In this document: piece after piece, positions 1 to 14,200 of the stretch | How positions within the stretch are numbered: the first letter of the stretch is position 1 | Layout of the letters: the number at the start of each line of letters is the position of its first letter | Program-made: the position numbers and the translations under genes | Notes under the pieces: model-generated | What the model was told of the DNA's origin: nothing | The model's database searches: none | Seen by the model: only the letters and a program-made list of their open reading frames with translations | NCBI GenBank assembly: GCA_012295275.1 | Contig: CM022672.1 | Location: 23,560,001 to 23,624,000 of the forward strand | Direction: 5' to 3' | From: Chrysomallon squamiferum | Taxonomy: Eukaryota; Animalia; Mollusca | Length of the DNA: 64,000 nt

Positions 1-675
1 AACAGGGGTTCTATTAAATCTATATGACTATCTGCACATTTGATTACACATTTTTCCAAATCTATTTTGTGTTTTGCAATTTCTTCATCTGATGCATTTG
101 CTGAGACTTTATCTCTCACCCTGTCCTGACAATCCATTGCACACCGCTGAAGTCGATTCTGAAAAAGAAAAGAACAGCTGAAATTTATTCTTCTCCAAAG
201 ACACCATTCCTATTATGATCTATCACAGGGTTACTGCATAAAAGCAATTTGAAGCTGATTCTGCCATGTAAAACCACAACTGGCTCATTGCTTTTTGGTA
301 AAAGGTTGTAGTAAATTCATAACCTGGACATTTTTGTTATTGTTTTTTTTTAAAATAAATATTAAAAAATATTCTGATCTATAGGTATTTGGATAATTAA
401 TAAAACTTGTATATATTATGTTTAATTCAATACCTGATAATTCTGCAGTTCATTCTGAATGTATGTCTGGGCTTTGTTTACATTAACAGAACATTTGTCA
501 ATACATGTCTGAACTTCTTCCAGAGATGCAGTTTTACTCTCACAACATTTTGTACTACACCGATACATTTCAGCCTGCCATTTACAAAAATAAATGTTAT
601 CCAACAATTATTATAATTATCTTTTTTACCAAGTATTAGTATTAAATAGTATGATGTACTGATTAATAATAATAT

Positions 676-756
<81 letters not shown>

Positions 757-1129
757 CTTCAGATTTTTTAAAGTAAAAACTGTGTTCCGAATTAAGACAG
801 TTATCTTCATTTTGTCAATGAAAATTTTTATAAATAAATTAATGTGTATGCATATCAATCATTCAATGGAACATGTAATTATGAATAATTATGTTCATTC
901 ATTTAACTGTATTAACTATTAATCTAATGTATTATGTATATAGTTATAATTATTTTTGTAACTGTGTATGAAGTTTGACACCTTATCTAAAATAGATATT
1001 TTATTGATCTAATATTTATATTTGGAATTCAACAGTTACAAAGACCTGCATTTTCCGTAAGCAATCCTTATCCAAGGAATTCACCATAGAAGTGACAGCT
1101 TTCTGAACACGTGCTTGAACTTCGTCCAT
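1..1129 (-). CDS. FAM136A: FAM136A protein (3 coding exons visible; 3' end beyond left edge of window)
   Basis: Exons 1129-1046 (MDEVQARVQKAVTSMVNSLDKDCLRKMQ), 574-434 (AEMYRCSTKCCE...IQNELQNYQ), 158-<1 (NRLQRCAMDCQDRVRD...CVIKCAD) join in frame at GT-AG junctions; Cys-x3-Cys pattern typical of FAM136A. Confidence 0.92.
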
Positions 1130-1419
1130 GTTGATAAAAATAATCAGAAGTTAAAAGCTGTCTCAAAGTTGATTGGATAAAATAGATAAGCAATGTCGTT
1201 ACATAAATAAATATAAAACATTTTGTTATTTATTTTTTGTCTGAGTTAATTATAATTATTAGTTCAAGTTATTTTTCGGTTTCTTTTATTTTGTATTACA
1301 CATGCGGCTATCGCTGATCTCTGTTCAGCAGACGAATATTTCTCTGTTGCTTGAAAGTAAACAAATCTTTTTTGAGTCTAGCAGGGCTTTTTTGTTTATG
1401 TGACTACTTATTAACGATA
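1130..1419. promoter_or_regulatory. Putative bidirectional promoter between FAM136A and WDR34
   Basis: Divergent start codons about 290 bp apart (1129 on -, 1420 on +). Confidence 0.65.
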
Positions 1420-3001
1420 ATGTTTACGGACGAAGTACTGGAACCTGTTGTTTTGAAATCATATTGGAAAAAAGAAAGGTTTTATACTATCATTCATTCA
1501 ATATCAGTAAATTAATGTTATAAAGACTAAATTTAAACAAAATTTTTAAATATATATATATAATTATAATAATATAGATTATATACTGTTTCATTATTGG
1601 TAATTATACAATACAAATAGTTTTGGGTATTCGTGTTTCTGCAGTGTATTTTTCCGACATACTTAATATGCAACTTTGTATTAATAGTCACAGTAATTTC
1701 AAAAATATAATTAATTTACATTTTAAACCCTTGTGTTTAAGAGCCAGTTTTGTTTTGAATAAGTCTTTAAAGTTTAAGTCTAGAACTATAATACTTAATA
1801 GTATAAGTTAAGATAGTTTCATTTATGAATAAATGTTACTTAACTGACTGTCACTGTAATTTGATTATTTAGTAGATCATTTGGTTATTTACTAGATGTT
1901 TTGCTATTTAATAAAACCAGTGAATTAATATATAATTTTAAAATCTTTTTAGGTCTGTTTTACTGACGGAACATTTCTTTTGTATGGTGGTTAGATTTTC
2001 TGTTCAAACTAACATCCAGTACTGCACTCTTTATAAATTGCACAACAGAGTCACCTGAATTATTTTGTTACTTGTAGTTATTTTCTATTTGCCTTGAAGC
2101 TATATATGTATAGTTAGAGCAGGTCAATGGATAATGATAGCATATTGATAGTTTGCACATGACTTGATTGTTGTATCTGAAATCTAACAATATAAGTAAA
2201 AAGTTATTTTCTGTATTTTGTTTATTTATATTTTCTGTATAGATCTTTATCAGAAATAGGAACACAAACAAGAAATCTTGAAACAGATGAAGTTGGATGT
2301 CAGTCTGTTGAAAAATTCAACCAAGAGGTGAGTATGTTCCATGAATTAATAAATGTATATTATAAACATATGATATATTTAGACAATTCTTCCATATTAT
2401 CTGCTTTTATATATATTAAATAATTGTAACCTTGACTAACAATAATATTCATAACTACTTTCAGTCCGATGATATTGTTCCCAGATTTGCTATCACCCAT
2501 TTTAACTGAGGAATAAAACTCAAACTCTGATTATTCTAGTACACATCTAATTTAAACCAACAAAATTGAATTCAAATTAATTAATTCATACAGATGAACT
2601 ATTTAATTGTACTTTGTAGGAACAAAATTTAATAATCTAAAGATATTTGTGTATTTCCAAGGGATTAACAAAATATAACAGCTGCATAAGACTGTGAATA
2701 TTACTTGATTGGATTTGTTTCATAACATAAGGCTTCAATTTCATTTCTTGTTGTTTCAGACTCAAACAGAAAATGATGCTGAAGGGATTTTGCATCTAGC
2801 AAAGGATGATTCCCAGCGTCTTGTAAATTTCCTGAAACAAGTAGAACCAATGATTGTGAAAACACTGGTGAAAAATATAAAGAGTCATGCCTTTGACGGT
2901 ATGTAATATATTTCATAAACTTGTTTGGTTGTGATGTTTTCATTTATTTTGGATATGTCATTTTTGTTTTGCTCCTATAATTGTATTTAAAGAAGTTGAA
3001 T

Positions 3002-3032
<31 letters not shown>

Positions 3033-3339
3033 TTTTTCATTTCCTCATTAATTATTTAATTGCGAATTGAAACTGTTACTATGTCTGTAGCTGGCCACAA
3101 AATTTGTTTGGTACTTTTTTTTATTATTCAAAATTTAATTACTAACTCATTTGGTGTATGTGTATATGTTTGTAGATAAAGAGAGTACAAAATTTGATTT
3201 GTAGGATATATTCAGCAGTATGATGAAGAAACTGTAACATGCATCCACACATTAACTCATTCTGCACTGGAGGAGAAAGTAAGAAGATATTTAAAAAAAT
3301 AATTAAAAGAAAATAATTTAATCTAGTAATAATTGTATG

Positions 3340-3373
<34 letters not shown>

Positions 3374-6300
3374 TTTTTTTTCTCCCACAGGGAATTTTTT
3401 TTATTTTTATTTTTATTTTTTTTATTTATTTGCAAAGACCTTGATAAAAACAGTATAATTTTCTTTTACTTACTAAAACAGATTCTGAAACTGTTAGTAT
3501 TTTTTTTAACTTCTGCTGTTTTTTTAAAGATGACTATTTCATTTTATTTTTCTGTTTCAGCTACAGGTTACTGGTTTATCATGGAATGCGACAGGATCTG
3601 TTATTGCAGCTACATATCTTTTTTTTGTTTTTGTTTGTGAACTCATTTACATGTGAAACTTCTAACATAGTTATTGTTTAAAGCCAGAGGGGGAAGTTGT
3701 GTAATTATTTGATTTAAGTGGCTCTGTGAATGGTAATTATGAGTTTACCACATTTCAGCTTTGATAATGAAGTCTCCAATAAACAGAGATACTTTTTACG
3801 TATTTGAACATCTGCATGTAAAAAAAAAATTAATAAGATAATCCAGAGAGTATCAGATTTCTTTTTCATAATACTGTACCAAAAAACCCCTGTATATTCC
3901 ATACCTAGTAATCCTTATTATTAAAATATGTCAAACATTCTCATGTAACAGTGACTTAAATCCACTGAAGGTTTATAAAAATATCAAAAACATTCTCAAA
4001 GCAACAGGTCTGTTAAATAAGAATTATATATATATCATAAGACATCCTGTTAATATGAACCCTTAACATGTACACCTTTGGGAGGTTTGATCATGAGGAC
4101 TGGTGTACCCATAAAGCAGCACTGGGCACCTGGAACTTGGACAGGAGAAATATGGATCACAACAAACCTGACACTAGCATTGAATCTTCTTGTTGTCTGA
4201 TGTGTCTCCAGTTCCATCCTGTTAACCCAGCTTGGATTGCAGGAGGAAGTTTCAATGGTTGGTTTTAAAATAATTATGTTCTTTCTAGAGAATTTATTTA
4301 TATAAAAGTCTCCCGTGAACTAAGATTTAATGTCCAGGTAATCAAGTTAATTTGAATAAATAAGGACAAACACATATCACATTCAAAGTGTAAAAAAAAG
4401 ATTTTTCAGATTTTTATTTATTTATTTTCACATTTTATTTATTTATTTACTTACTTATGTATATACCTCTATATAACACATTTATTATTATGTATGATTT
4501 TATTTTTTTATAATAATATTGTTTATAGAAATCATGTTTGATCATTCCCATAAATTTAAAAAAATTGTTTAAAATATTTTACATTTTTGGATACACACAT
4601 TCTTGAACTCTTTGCTCTAAAACATACCATGTTAAAGAAACAGATGATATAATTTATGTGTTTTAACAGGTGAAGTGCTGGTATGGGATCTCACTCGTGA
4701 AGATGACCTAATGTTGGCAACGTCAGGCATTGGAGATGATGCTCACCGAGAGCCAGTTTCCATGGTGCAGTGGCTGCTGGATCCTGAATCTAAATCTAAG
4801 AGATACAATGTAAGTGTATATGATTATCCACAAGTTACAGAACACTATAACAAATAGCAACCAGAAATATCTTAATCCCATATATATATATATATTTATG
4901 CACAGTCAAAATACTTGTTTTTTAATCTAACCCCATATTTTATTGGCTGTTGACCAGAGATCAGATGTCTTTGTACTCTGTTATGTGAGTCATCAAATAC
5001 ACTAATTCTAAATCAGGCTGTTTTGGACAGACATTTGAATCTACTATATTTATCATGTTTATTTTCAGATAATTAGTATTGGAAGTGATGGAAAAATTCT
5101 AATTTGGGGTCTGAACACAAAGAAACAGAAACTGAAACTTATAGAAGGGTAAGGCTGTGTTAAATTATGTTAAAATAAATTTAGGCAATAATGATTTATA
5201 CGGTAGCTGTAACAGTGGGAAAATTGTCATAGTTATTTTTGAATTTATTTCTTAAGACCAAATGTTGCTAATAAAGCATCTTAAATATATAAGAAGCTCG
5301 CCAAAAAATACAGATGGTGCATTTTTAACTTCTTTCTGAAAGAAAAATCTGGTCTGCTTCTCAGTGTGAACAGTCAGTTTCATCAAACCAAAAAAACGTT
5401 AAAAACAAATAGTTGTTGTTAACAGTTTATGCTGATTGGTCAGTAAACAAATTCATTCATTGTTATTTTATATCAGGTTTATTATAATGGCTCAGAGTCT
5501 GCCAAGAAATATGAAAGTTCGAGGAGTGCGCAGTGACAAAGAAGTTGGAGCAACTTGTATATCTTTCAACCATGAAGACAAAGAAACCTTTCTTGTGGGT
5601 TCTGAAAGTGGGTGTATCTTCAAGTGCTCACTGCATGCCAAGGGCAGTCCTGCTGGAAGTAAGTTAACATGTTTTTAGTTTTCAGTGACAAATCAGTATT
5701 ACTTCCTAAGTCAGTAATTTCTTTATGCAGTAATTGCTATTGTTTCTTGATATTATGAATATAATTACTAATATTGCTTTTTATATCATTTATCATTCAG
5801 CATTTTTGTTGCTGTTTTTTTTTGTTTGTTTATTATTCAATGATTTGTTTTGATGTGAATTAAATCCATTTGTGATTTTGTTATGTTTTCAAATTCCTTT
5901 TTCACTTTTTCTAATAATATAACATTTAATGTTCAAACAAATGCAATCAGTTTTAATAAAAGCTCATTCAAATGCCTATCATTATGAATAATTAAATGAG
6001 TTCTGTCTACTGGATATTATTTTGCATTATCATTTGTTGTCAAAACATTTAAAACAAATTTTTTTTTTTAGTATTTTAAAGTAATTTTGTGGGCAAAATG
6101 AAATTTAGTATGTATTTGGTGTAGTCTCTATTTGTCCCAGTCTAAAAAATGGGTTTTATTTGTATAACAGGTCATGTCCAATCATCTGTACCTCTCCATT
6201 CTCCTGTGACCTTCACTTTCAATCCACACCATGGTCCTGTGTATGCTGTTGATTGTTCTCCTTTCCATCGACTGGCCTTTGTCAGTTCTGGAATGGACCA

Positions 6301-7847
6301 GTGTCTGCGAGTGTATAGCATGCTTCAGGTAAATTAAATTTTCTTTCCCATTCATTTGTAATTTAATCAGATTTCATTTAATAATATTAAAAAATAAATT
6401 TAAAAAAACTGAAAAACAAATACTGACTGACAAATTCTTTAAATGGACAAGAAAAAACAGCAAGTAATTGTTCAAACAGACAAAAGCAAAAAAGTGGTGT
6501 ACTGAAAACCTTTTGCCTATATATCCTTGATCATTACTGTATCAGATCTTTTATTTGTATACCATTATAACTCCATTATATAATTCAATATTATTATGTG
6601 TTGTCACCTACAATCTTTGAATTTATGACCTAAATAGTAACAGTTTTATCAGTGAACAATCTAGATTAATTATTTAACTCGGCGGATCCTAGAGTTCATG
6701 GCAGAGATCCATAGAAAGTTCAAATGGGTTCCAGTATAATCGGGGAATATAGTTTTAAAATTCTTAAAGAGTTCACTGAATGCAAACTATTAAAGAGTAT
6801 TATGGTTTTTATTATGTACTAGCAGTAATTTATATATTTATGTTTTATCAACAGGACCAACCAATGGTTACCATAGAACCAGGAGACGGCTACCTGCATT
6901 CCGTGCAGTGGTCACCTTTCAGACCATCTGTACTGGCAGCAACTTCATCTAATGGATCTCTTCTCATATATGAACTGCTTCATGGACAGTTTGTTCCTCT
7001 TCATAAACTGGAGGCCAGCATGAAGAAATCATCTCTCTACACACTCAAGTTTAATTCCCTACAGTGAGTGGCATTTCATCATGTGTATCTATATAATAAG
7101 TTTAAAACCTCTGCAGAGTTTTATTTAGTTTAAGTGATCATTTCATTATCTTTGGCATGGCTTGTTTTGTAATAATTCTGACACAAGATAAACCCTTCTC
7201 GTTTACTCAGTGATCTACCATAAAACATTTTTATTGATAGCTAAGGAGGCAGTTTAAAAACCTAAATCCTAATTTGGTTGCAAATAAGGTACAGTACAAA
7301 AATAACATATACCTTGTTACTGCAGTGTTAATTATGTATGTTTCAACAGCTGTTTACATGATAACACAAACTTCAAGAAGAGGATATCCCTTATTGAAGT
7401 TTGATACATCCTCTGTGACATCATAAAAATATTTCCTTGCAAAATAAGAAAAGCAAGCTCAGTCAGAGATTATTTTAAGACAAAAAAAATCTTTGTATAT
7501 ACAGTATTCTGTTTGAAATCATAGCATTCTAGCCACAAATTCAGTTTTGGAAAATTAACATTAAATAAAATATTACAAATATTTAAATGCAGTAGAACGT
7601 ATTTTAGAATTGTTTCAGAAGGGTGGGGGTGTTTTAGGCTTTTATTATCATTACTGTTTTTCAAGTTAGAATGTCATCAGCAGTACTTCTGTTAACAGAA
7701 TATGTTTAATTTTGCAGACGGAATCTCCTTTCAACTGGCGATGGACTTGGTTACATTAAGATCTGGAAACTAGGTGATAATCTGTCGGCTGTACAACCCA
7801 GAGAAAGTGAAGGTCTTGGAAATGTTATCAATGCAGCAAATGACTGA
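1420..7847 (+). CDS. WDR34: WD-repeat protein 34 / cytoplasmic dynein-2 intermediate chain 2 (12 coding exons)
   Basis: Approximate exons 1420-1478, 2243-2327, 2760-2898, 3205-3278, 3561-3613, 4076-4257, 4670-4809, 5069-5148, 5477-5658, 6171-6328, 6854-7063, 7718-7847. Motifs [62 protein letters not shown] and VQWSPFRPSVLA match dynein intermediate chain WDR34. Confidence 0.9.
3614..4075 (+). other. U12-type (minor spliceosome) AT-AC intron in WDR34
   Basis: 5' end ATATCTTT at 3614, branch point CCTTAAC at 4061-4067, AC at 4074-4075; removing it restores GCT AC|C TTT GGG (AAT-FGRFDH) in frame. Confidence 0.88.
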
Positions 7848-8956
7848 ACATCTCAAAACACATTAAAACTTCTGTGATATCTGACTGAGACCAATTATTT
7901 ATTAAATACTTTTGAAAAAGTCGTCTTAAGAAGACTGTACAATAGTTACTAATTTGTTACTGTGTTAATATTTGGGAAAGTATTTTAAATTTAATAAAAT
8001 AAGTATTTAATACTTTATAATGATTTTGTTTACAAGTTACAAAGAGCCTATAGTTTATATTACCGAATTGAAAATTTGTTTAAAGAAAAGGTTTTTCTTA
8101 GTATAAATGAATGAGATCACAGAAACAACTAAATTTTCTCTCTCTATCTGCATTCTGTTTGGTCTTTAAAATATATTTCATTGAAAGGAGAACAATGGCA
8201 GATGGTTTTATTTTATTTATTACAAAGCAATGGCAATCAAAGACAAAACACAACTTGAAAGTATAAAATTTTTATTTGTTTGCACCACATCAGTCTTTAA
8301 ATAAATCAGAAAACACCTAATGCTTTTATTCATGAGAAACAACACATAACTTAAATAATCTAGTGTTTTTATGTAAGAATTATCTGTTATTTAGCATTTA
8401 AATTTTTACATTCAGTTTGGAAAATGGATTACATAAATTACATGGTGTATTAATTTCAAATGAAGAAACAATTAGAATAATTTAAACATACAGCAATATT
8501 GACAGGCAATGAAAATGAACAATAAATAACACACTAGCTAAGACAATGACCATTCTAACTAACTAATTTTGTCACAATATCAACACTAGAAATATTTTAT
8601 ACAATTGAGGGAAAAAATGTCATTGTTTATGATGTATTGTTGTTACTTTATTACAATAAAAATTTGTATTAATGAATCAAAGCAATTCTTTTGTTTTTTA
8701 ATTTATGACCATAATGAAATGGTTTTAAAAAAAGAATAAAATAATAATAAAAAATAAGATTTACATGATTTGCAAACATTCATTTTATTTAACCACTTAA
8801 TAAATAAGTATTTCTAAAAAAAAAAAAAAAAGAAAGAAAAGGTACTGTTAAGCTACACCATACAGCAATGTGTATGAAAGTTAAGATTTAGCTTTTTTCT
8901 GTGTGTAACCAGGCACCACAAAATAATAAAGTAGACATAACCACAAGTCATTCATG

Positions 8957-10358
8957 CTAAACATCACTTGAGTCAGTTGAGGTAGAGGGTTGTACATCAG
9001 TCACATTTAATGCAAGTGCCTGTAATATTGTGTCAAGTTTCCTATTTATTCTGTCTTCCATTTCAGTCATCCTTCTTTCAACTCTTCTCACAATCCTCTC
9101 TTCTGCAACTTTTAGCTGATTTACCATTTCAGTCATTAGTCCTTGGTCTAGTCTTACAGGAGTTGTCTGTACTTGTCTGAAAATAATTTTTAAAATGTAT
9201 CTTTTATCAAACTTACTGTATTGATGTAAGATGTGTACATGAAATGTATTTTGTTTGTGCTCTTTTGAAACATACTGTTGTACATTTAAAATGAGAAATC
9301 TAAAATACAAAACAGAAAAATGTTTCATTATCAGATGCTGTGACTATTTCTTAATCTGAAATATACACCAGGAACACATGTTACAGATTCATAAACTGAA
9401 ATTATTTAAATTATGTTCAAATTGTAAAAAGTATAAAAATAATGTTCTATATAAATTAACTCAAAACCAATGCAGACAAAATAGATTTAACCATTGCTAT
9501 AAATATGTATATCATGCACATATTTCCGTTTAAAATTTATCACTTATATGAACATTAAACAAATTTACCATTCTTAAAGGCATGCAATAATATTTAACAC
9601 TAAATACTAGATTCATCGTGATCTGTTAACACATGATAGACTGTGTACTTACAAACTCTCACCACTGGTTGAATCATCACTGCCTGTGTTCCCTGGTTCA
9701 GCAGGAGCCGAGGCTTTCTCCCTCATTTTTGTCACCCTTCCGCACACAGAATGCAACAACTTGTACATATCTTCACCTTTGACAGCATCCACCTTGTCAA
9801 CACCTGACATCACATCACACAACACATTGTCTGCTAGCTTGCTGGGGTCGCTCTTTTCACTACATTCCTCGTCTTCTTTTGACAGCTTCTCGCGCAGCAG
9901 CAAATGGACAAGTGGATTCTTCTGTTGCTGGTTTAAGTGGGAGAAAGACGTTAGCATTCCAGCTAAGCCTGATATTGTCTTTCCTTTTTCTGTGGACGAA
10001 GAAGTCTGAGACAATAAATTCTGCACTTCGCCAAGAACACCCTGCTGATTCTACAAGAAAGAAAAAAAAAATAAAAGTGTACAGATGTTTAGTAAATACC
10101 TTTACTGAAGAATTTGCTCAGACAAAAAAATTATTAAATTTTTGTGAACAGTCTCCTTTTAGCTAGTGACAGCCTTGAATGTGCTACAGTAATTTGACAT
10201 TCTGAATGGTTTCTTCTGCTGTTTTCAAGGATAAAAATTACATTCTGCAAAATAAATAATCAGTTATGACTTATGTACCATAAAAACTGATGACACACTA
10301 CACCAAAAATTATATTTTAGTTTTTATACATAACATATTAACATATCTATATAAAAAA

Positions 10359-10444
<86 letters not shown>

Positions 10445-11238
10445 CAATGTTAGAAATTCTTAAAAATGTGACAAGAAGTTATTTTAATGAAATATTCAAT
10501 ATTCAGATGACAGATATTCTTTCTGTTTGAACACACTGCTTAATTATCTGACTTTATTCCAAAAATATAATTACCAGTCAGCATAGAACATATTAACATC
10601 TTAATAAAACTGATGTTATCAAAGATTATTTAATAAATAAGAAAATCACTGGACAATAAACTTAGCACCTGGCCAGTAACATCTGTCTTATCTGATATTT
10701 TCATTTTGTATTCTGGAAAAATATTAGTTATTTAAAAGATATGCAGACTATGGTATGCCATTAAATAATTAAATAAATAATAAAATAATTAAAACCTAAT
10801 GTACAATTCAGTAATATAATGTATCTTTTGGCAATGACAAAAAAAAAATAACAACAATAAAGTTTATGTTAGTATTAATGTAAAAAGAAACTTTAAAATG
10901 GTTAGATCCTACAATATATGCAAATTAAAAAAATCAGTTAATGAATCATTCATATGATCAAATGATGGATACATGAATGAAAGAGGAAAAACAAAAGAGA
11001 ATTTTTAATGGATTAATTCCCAAAATATTTGTTGGCTTATTATGTGAGTACATAAATATGAAAGATTCAAAACATATCTACTTAATAATATCAGTATTCA
11101 AATTATTGTAAATCTTATTTTGTTGAAATTAAATTAAATAGAATGAAAACAAAACCAAAATTTAATATGGACAAATGATAAATTATTTTGAATTAATTTA
11201 AGAAAAGTAATAAAAACCAACGTAGATTATTATTATTA

Positions 11239-11282
<44 letters not shown>

Positions 11283-14200
11283 GGTGACTCAGTCTTTCTA
11301 TGAAAGGTGTATTTAGCATAAAACAGAGTTATTTCCCTTAGACCACAAACTTAACAAATTGGTGGATGCGAGTGTTGTTTACAGTTAGATTAAGCTGTTA
11401 ATTATATTTATAAATAAACGGAACAGTTATCGTTTATTTCATTTTAGATAAATTAAAACAAAGTCAATTAATTAATTAATGTAGTGATTAACTGATGGCT
11501 CAATTAGTTGACAAAAAGAATGATAGGTTTTTAATGGTATAAGGGAAACAACTCTAAAATTTATTTAGAAGACTAGTTATTTATTTATTTTATTTATATA
11601 TATTAATTTCATTATTTTTTTATTTAGATATTAAAATGTTTTTTCATGTAAGTTTTGTAAAAGAAAACAATGTTTTTGCTTATAAACTGTAAAAATAAAA
11701 CCAAGATACCATGTATTATATTATAATTATTTGAATTATGCTTAAACTGAGTAAGCAGAAATAAAAACAAACATCATTAAATAAGGACATCTGCTGTATT
11801 AAATTCAATTTCAATGAATTTAAAAAGAATGGGTGAAAAATCTGTGTTATACATTTCTTATAAACTGATACACTGCTAGAGATTTTGTTGCGTTTAACAT
11901 AATTTTTTATCTTTATGCATTTTATCATTACTCAGTCTCTATATTTTCCATCTGTACACATTGAGCACAGTGTACCTCAGGGACCGGCCCTTAAAAAAAA
12001 AATGTATGCTATGTCACTTGGTGACATGTTGACTCCACGACAGTTACAATTGATGATACCTTCACAATGTTCAAAATGTTTGAGAAATCTTTTATGAAAG
12101 GAACAGAAAGTGAAAGGAATATAATGATCAAGTTTTGCGCAACTATAAAAGGTTGATTGAGTCAGGCAGTATCTAATAAGTGATGCCACAAAAATGCTGG
12201 TGAATGCACGTGTGATATCGCAACTAAACTATTGCAGTGATTACTAGAGTTTGCCCAACACCTTGCTAAATAAACTACAACATGTTCAGAATTCAGCAGC
12301 ATGCACTTGATCAGACCACTGCATCACAGTCACACACCAGCAGTGTTCAGGGAGTGCCACAATCTGCCTGTCTACTGTATCATACATATTATGGCTGAAA
12401 CAATGGTTCCATGGTGTACATTAAGCACATACTGGAAGAGTACAGGCTAGGCAGGACTATGATCACAGACCTCATTAAGGAAAGTAATACCAAGAATCAG
12501 AACATTTACATTAGCAGCAGGTGTTTCAGTTATGCCAATCTGAGTTTGTGGAGCTCACTTCCTAGCAAAATCAGGAAGAGTATGGCTACACAGCCCATGT
12601 GATCTCACATCTTCTACGAGTTTTTGTTCATACTGAGATAAGTATGGTCATCATGCTGTTGATCTGACATCACTGAACTTGAGTGAATTTTTTTGTGTGC
12701 TCTGTATGTTGTCCATGAAATAGAATGTGTGATTACCTTTTCATAAATAAATGCTGCCTATAAAATTTAAATGAAAACCAGCAAGAAAGTAATGTATTAA
12801 AAATATACATTCCTTTCTTGCTGGTTTTTACTTAAAGTTTATAGGTGCATTAAAAATGCTATACATTATTGGCATTTATTCAGATATACTAAATCTTTAA
12901 ACTATTTACTTATGTCAACAAAAGGTATTTACATGAACTCTGTAAAATGGCATTTTGTCCTTTTTTTTTTTTTCACTTTAATTTTTTTTTACTTTACATC
13001 AACTGGAAAAAAAAATTATTATAAGTGTTTTATACTTATAACAACCTTCTGGTATTGTTCCATAGTTTCAAAGAGAGATCTGGCACCCTCAGAGACATCA
13101 GATCCAAGCCCATCTATATGATTCTTCAGTTTCACCATATCCAGCTTGCTCCTGTCTGCTCGTGTTTCATGTTTCGTCAGCGTAATATGAATGTGTCTGA
13201 TTTGAAATGTGGACCTTTCACCCAAAGATAAAAACTGATCACGAAAACAAACAAAAAGTTTAAATTATAAATTTCTCTGTAAATGTATGTGAAAAAGAAA
13301 TAAAATAAAATAAAATATAATAACATCCAATAGCATTTTACTTCACATGTGATAACATATATCCAAAGAGATGTGATTCAATTTTGTCTCCTGATACTTC
13401 ATTACCATTTTTAAACTATAATTTTAGTTTGTTTAATATAGGATATTACAGAATGATGATAATTAAAAATGTCAGTGTCCAAGAAGTATGGAAAAAATAG
13501 TTAACAAACTGTCTGAGAATGATCTATCTAGAATATTCTTTATATTGTTTGTTTGATCATCACCTTTATTTTCCTTGAAGGTATAAGATTTATTACTGTT
13601 TTATTAACAAAGAAATAAATGTAAATAAACTATATGTAGATGACACACATCTTCAAGATAAATGTAAGTAAATATACATACCTTAATTTCAAGGCCAATT
13701 TTGGGATCCTTTAATTCAAATGAAGTCATATAAAAATATTTATCTTCAGCACTGTCAGAAATAAGCACACCTTTAACACTTTTTAAATACCCATCAATGT
13801 CATCATAAATCTCTATATTTTTTGCTTCACTCATAATATCTACTTTTTTGATAGCCACTTTGTGTACAGGTTTACATTTCAAATTCAGTGTACAGCTTTT
13901 AGAATTTTTCCCAGCACTAGATTCATTAAATAATTCTAATCTTCTAGAAGCATCATGTAAAGTGGACTCAACAATTCTGTAAATAAAAAGGTCATTAAAA
14001 TGAAATGTATAAAAAAAAAAATGAAATAATAAATCAATTTCTTGCATAAGGTATAAATACCAAATTGCACCATGCAGCCAGTTAACCTGAATAATAATTT
14101 ATTTTCTTCTATTTGAAAGATAAAAAAATAATAATAATAATAATAATAAACAGTTGACACCAGAACATTAAAGGCTAAAATAAATGTTATAAACTGAAGT

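Noticed and set aside
9686-10166. Plus-strand ORFs of 107 and 95 aa
   Set aside because: Antisense shadows of a C10orf88 coding exon.
10669-10712. Extra C10orf88 exon candidates (also ~14811-14866)
   Set aside because: They introduce stops in the required phase; the flanking exons already join in frame without them.
11977-12720. Relatively GC-richer intronic stretch as a nested gene or transposase
   Set aside because: Only short ORFs with no recognisable motifs; possibly an old transposon but not supportable by eye.
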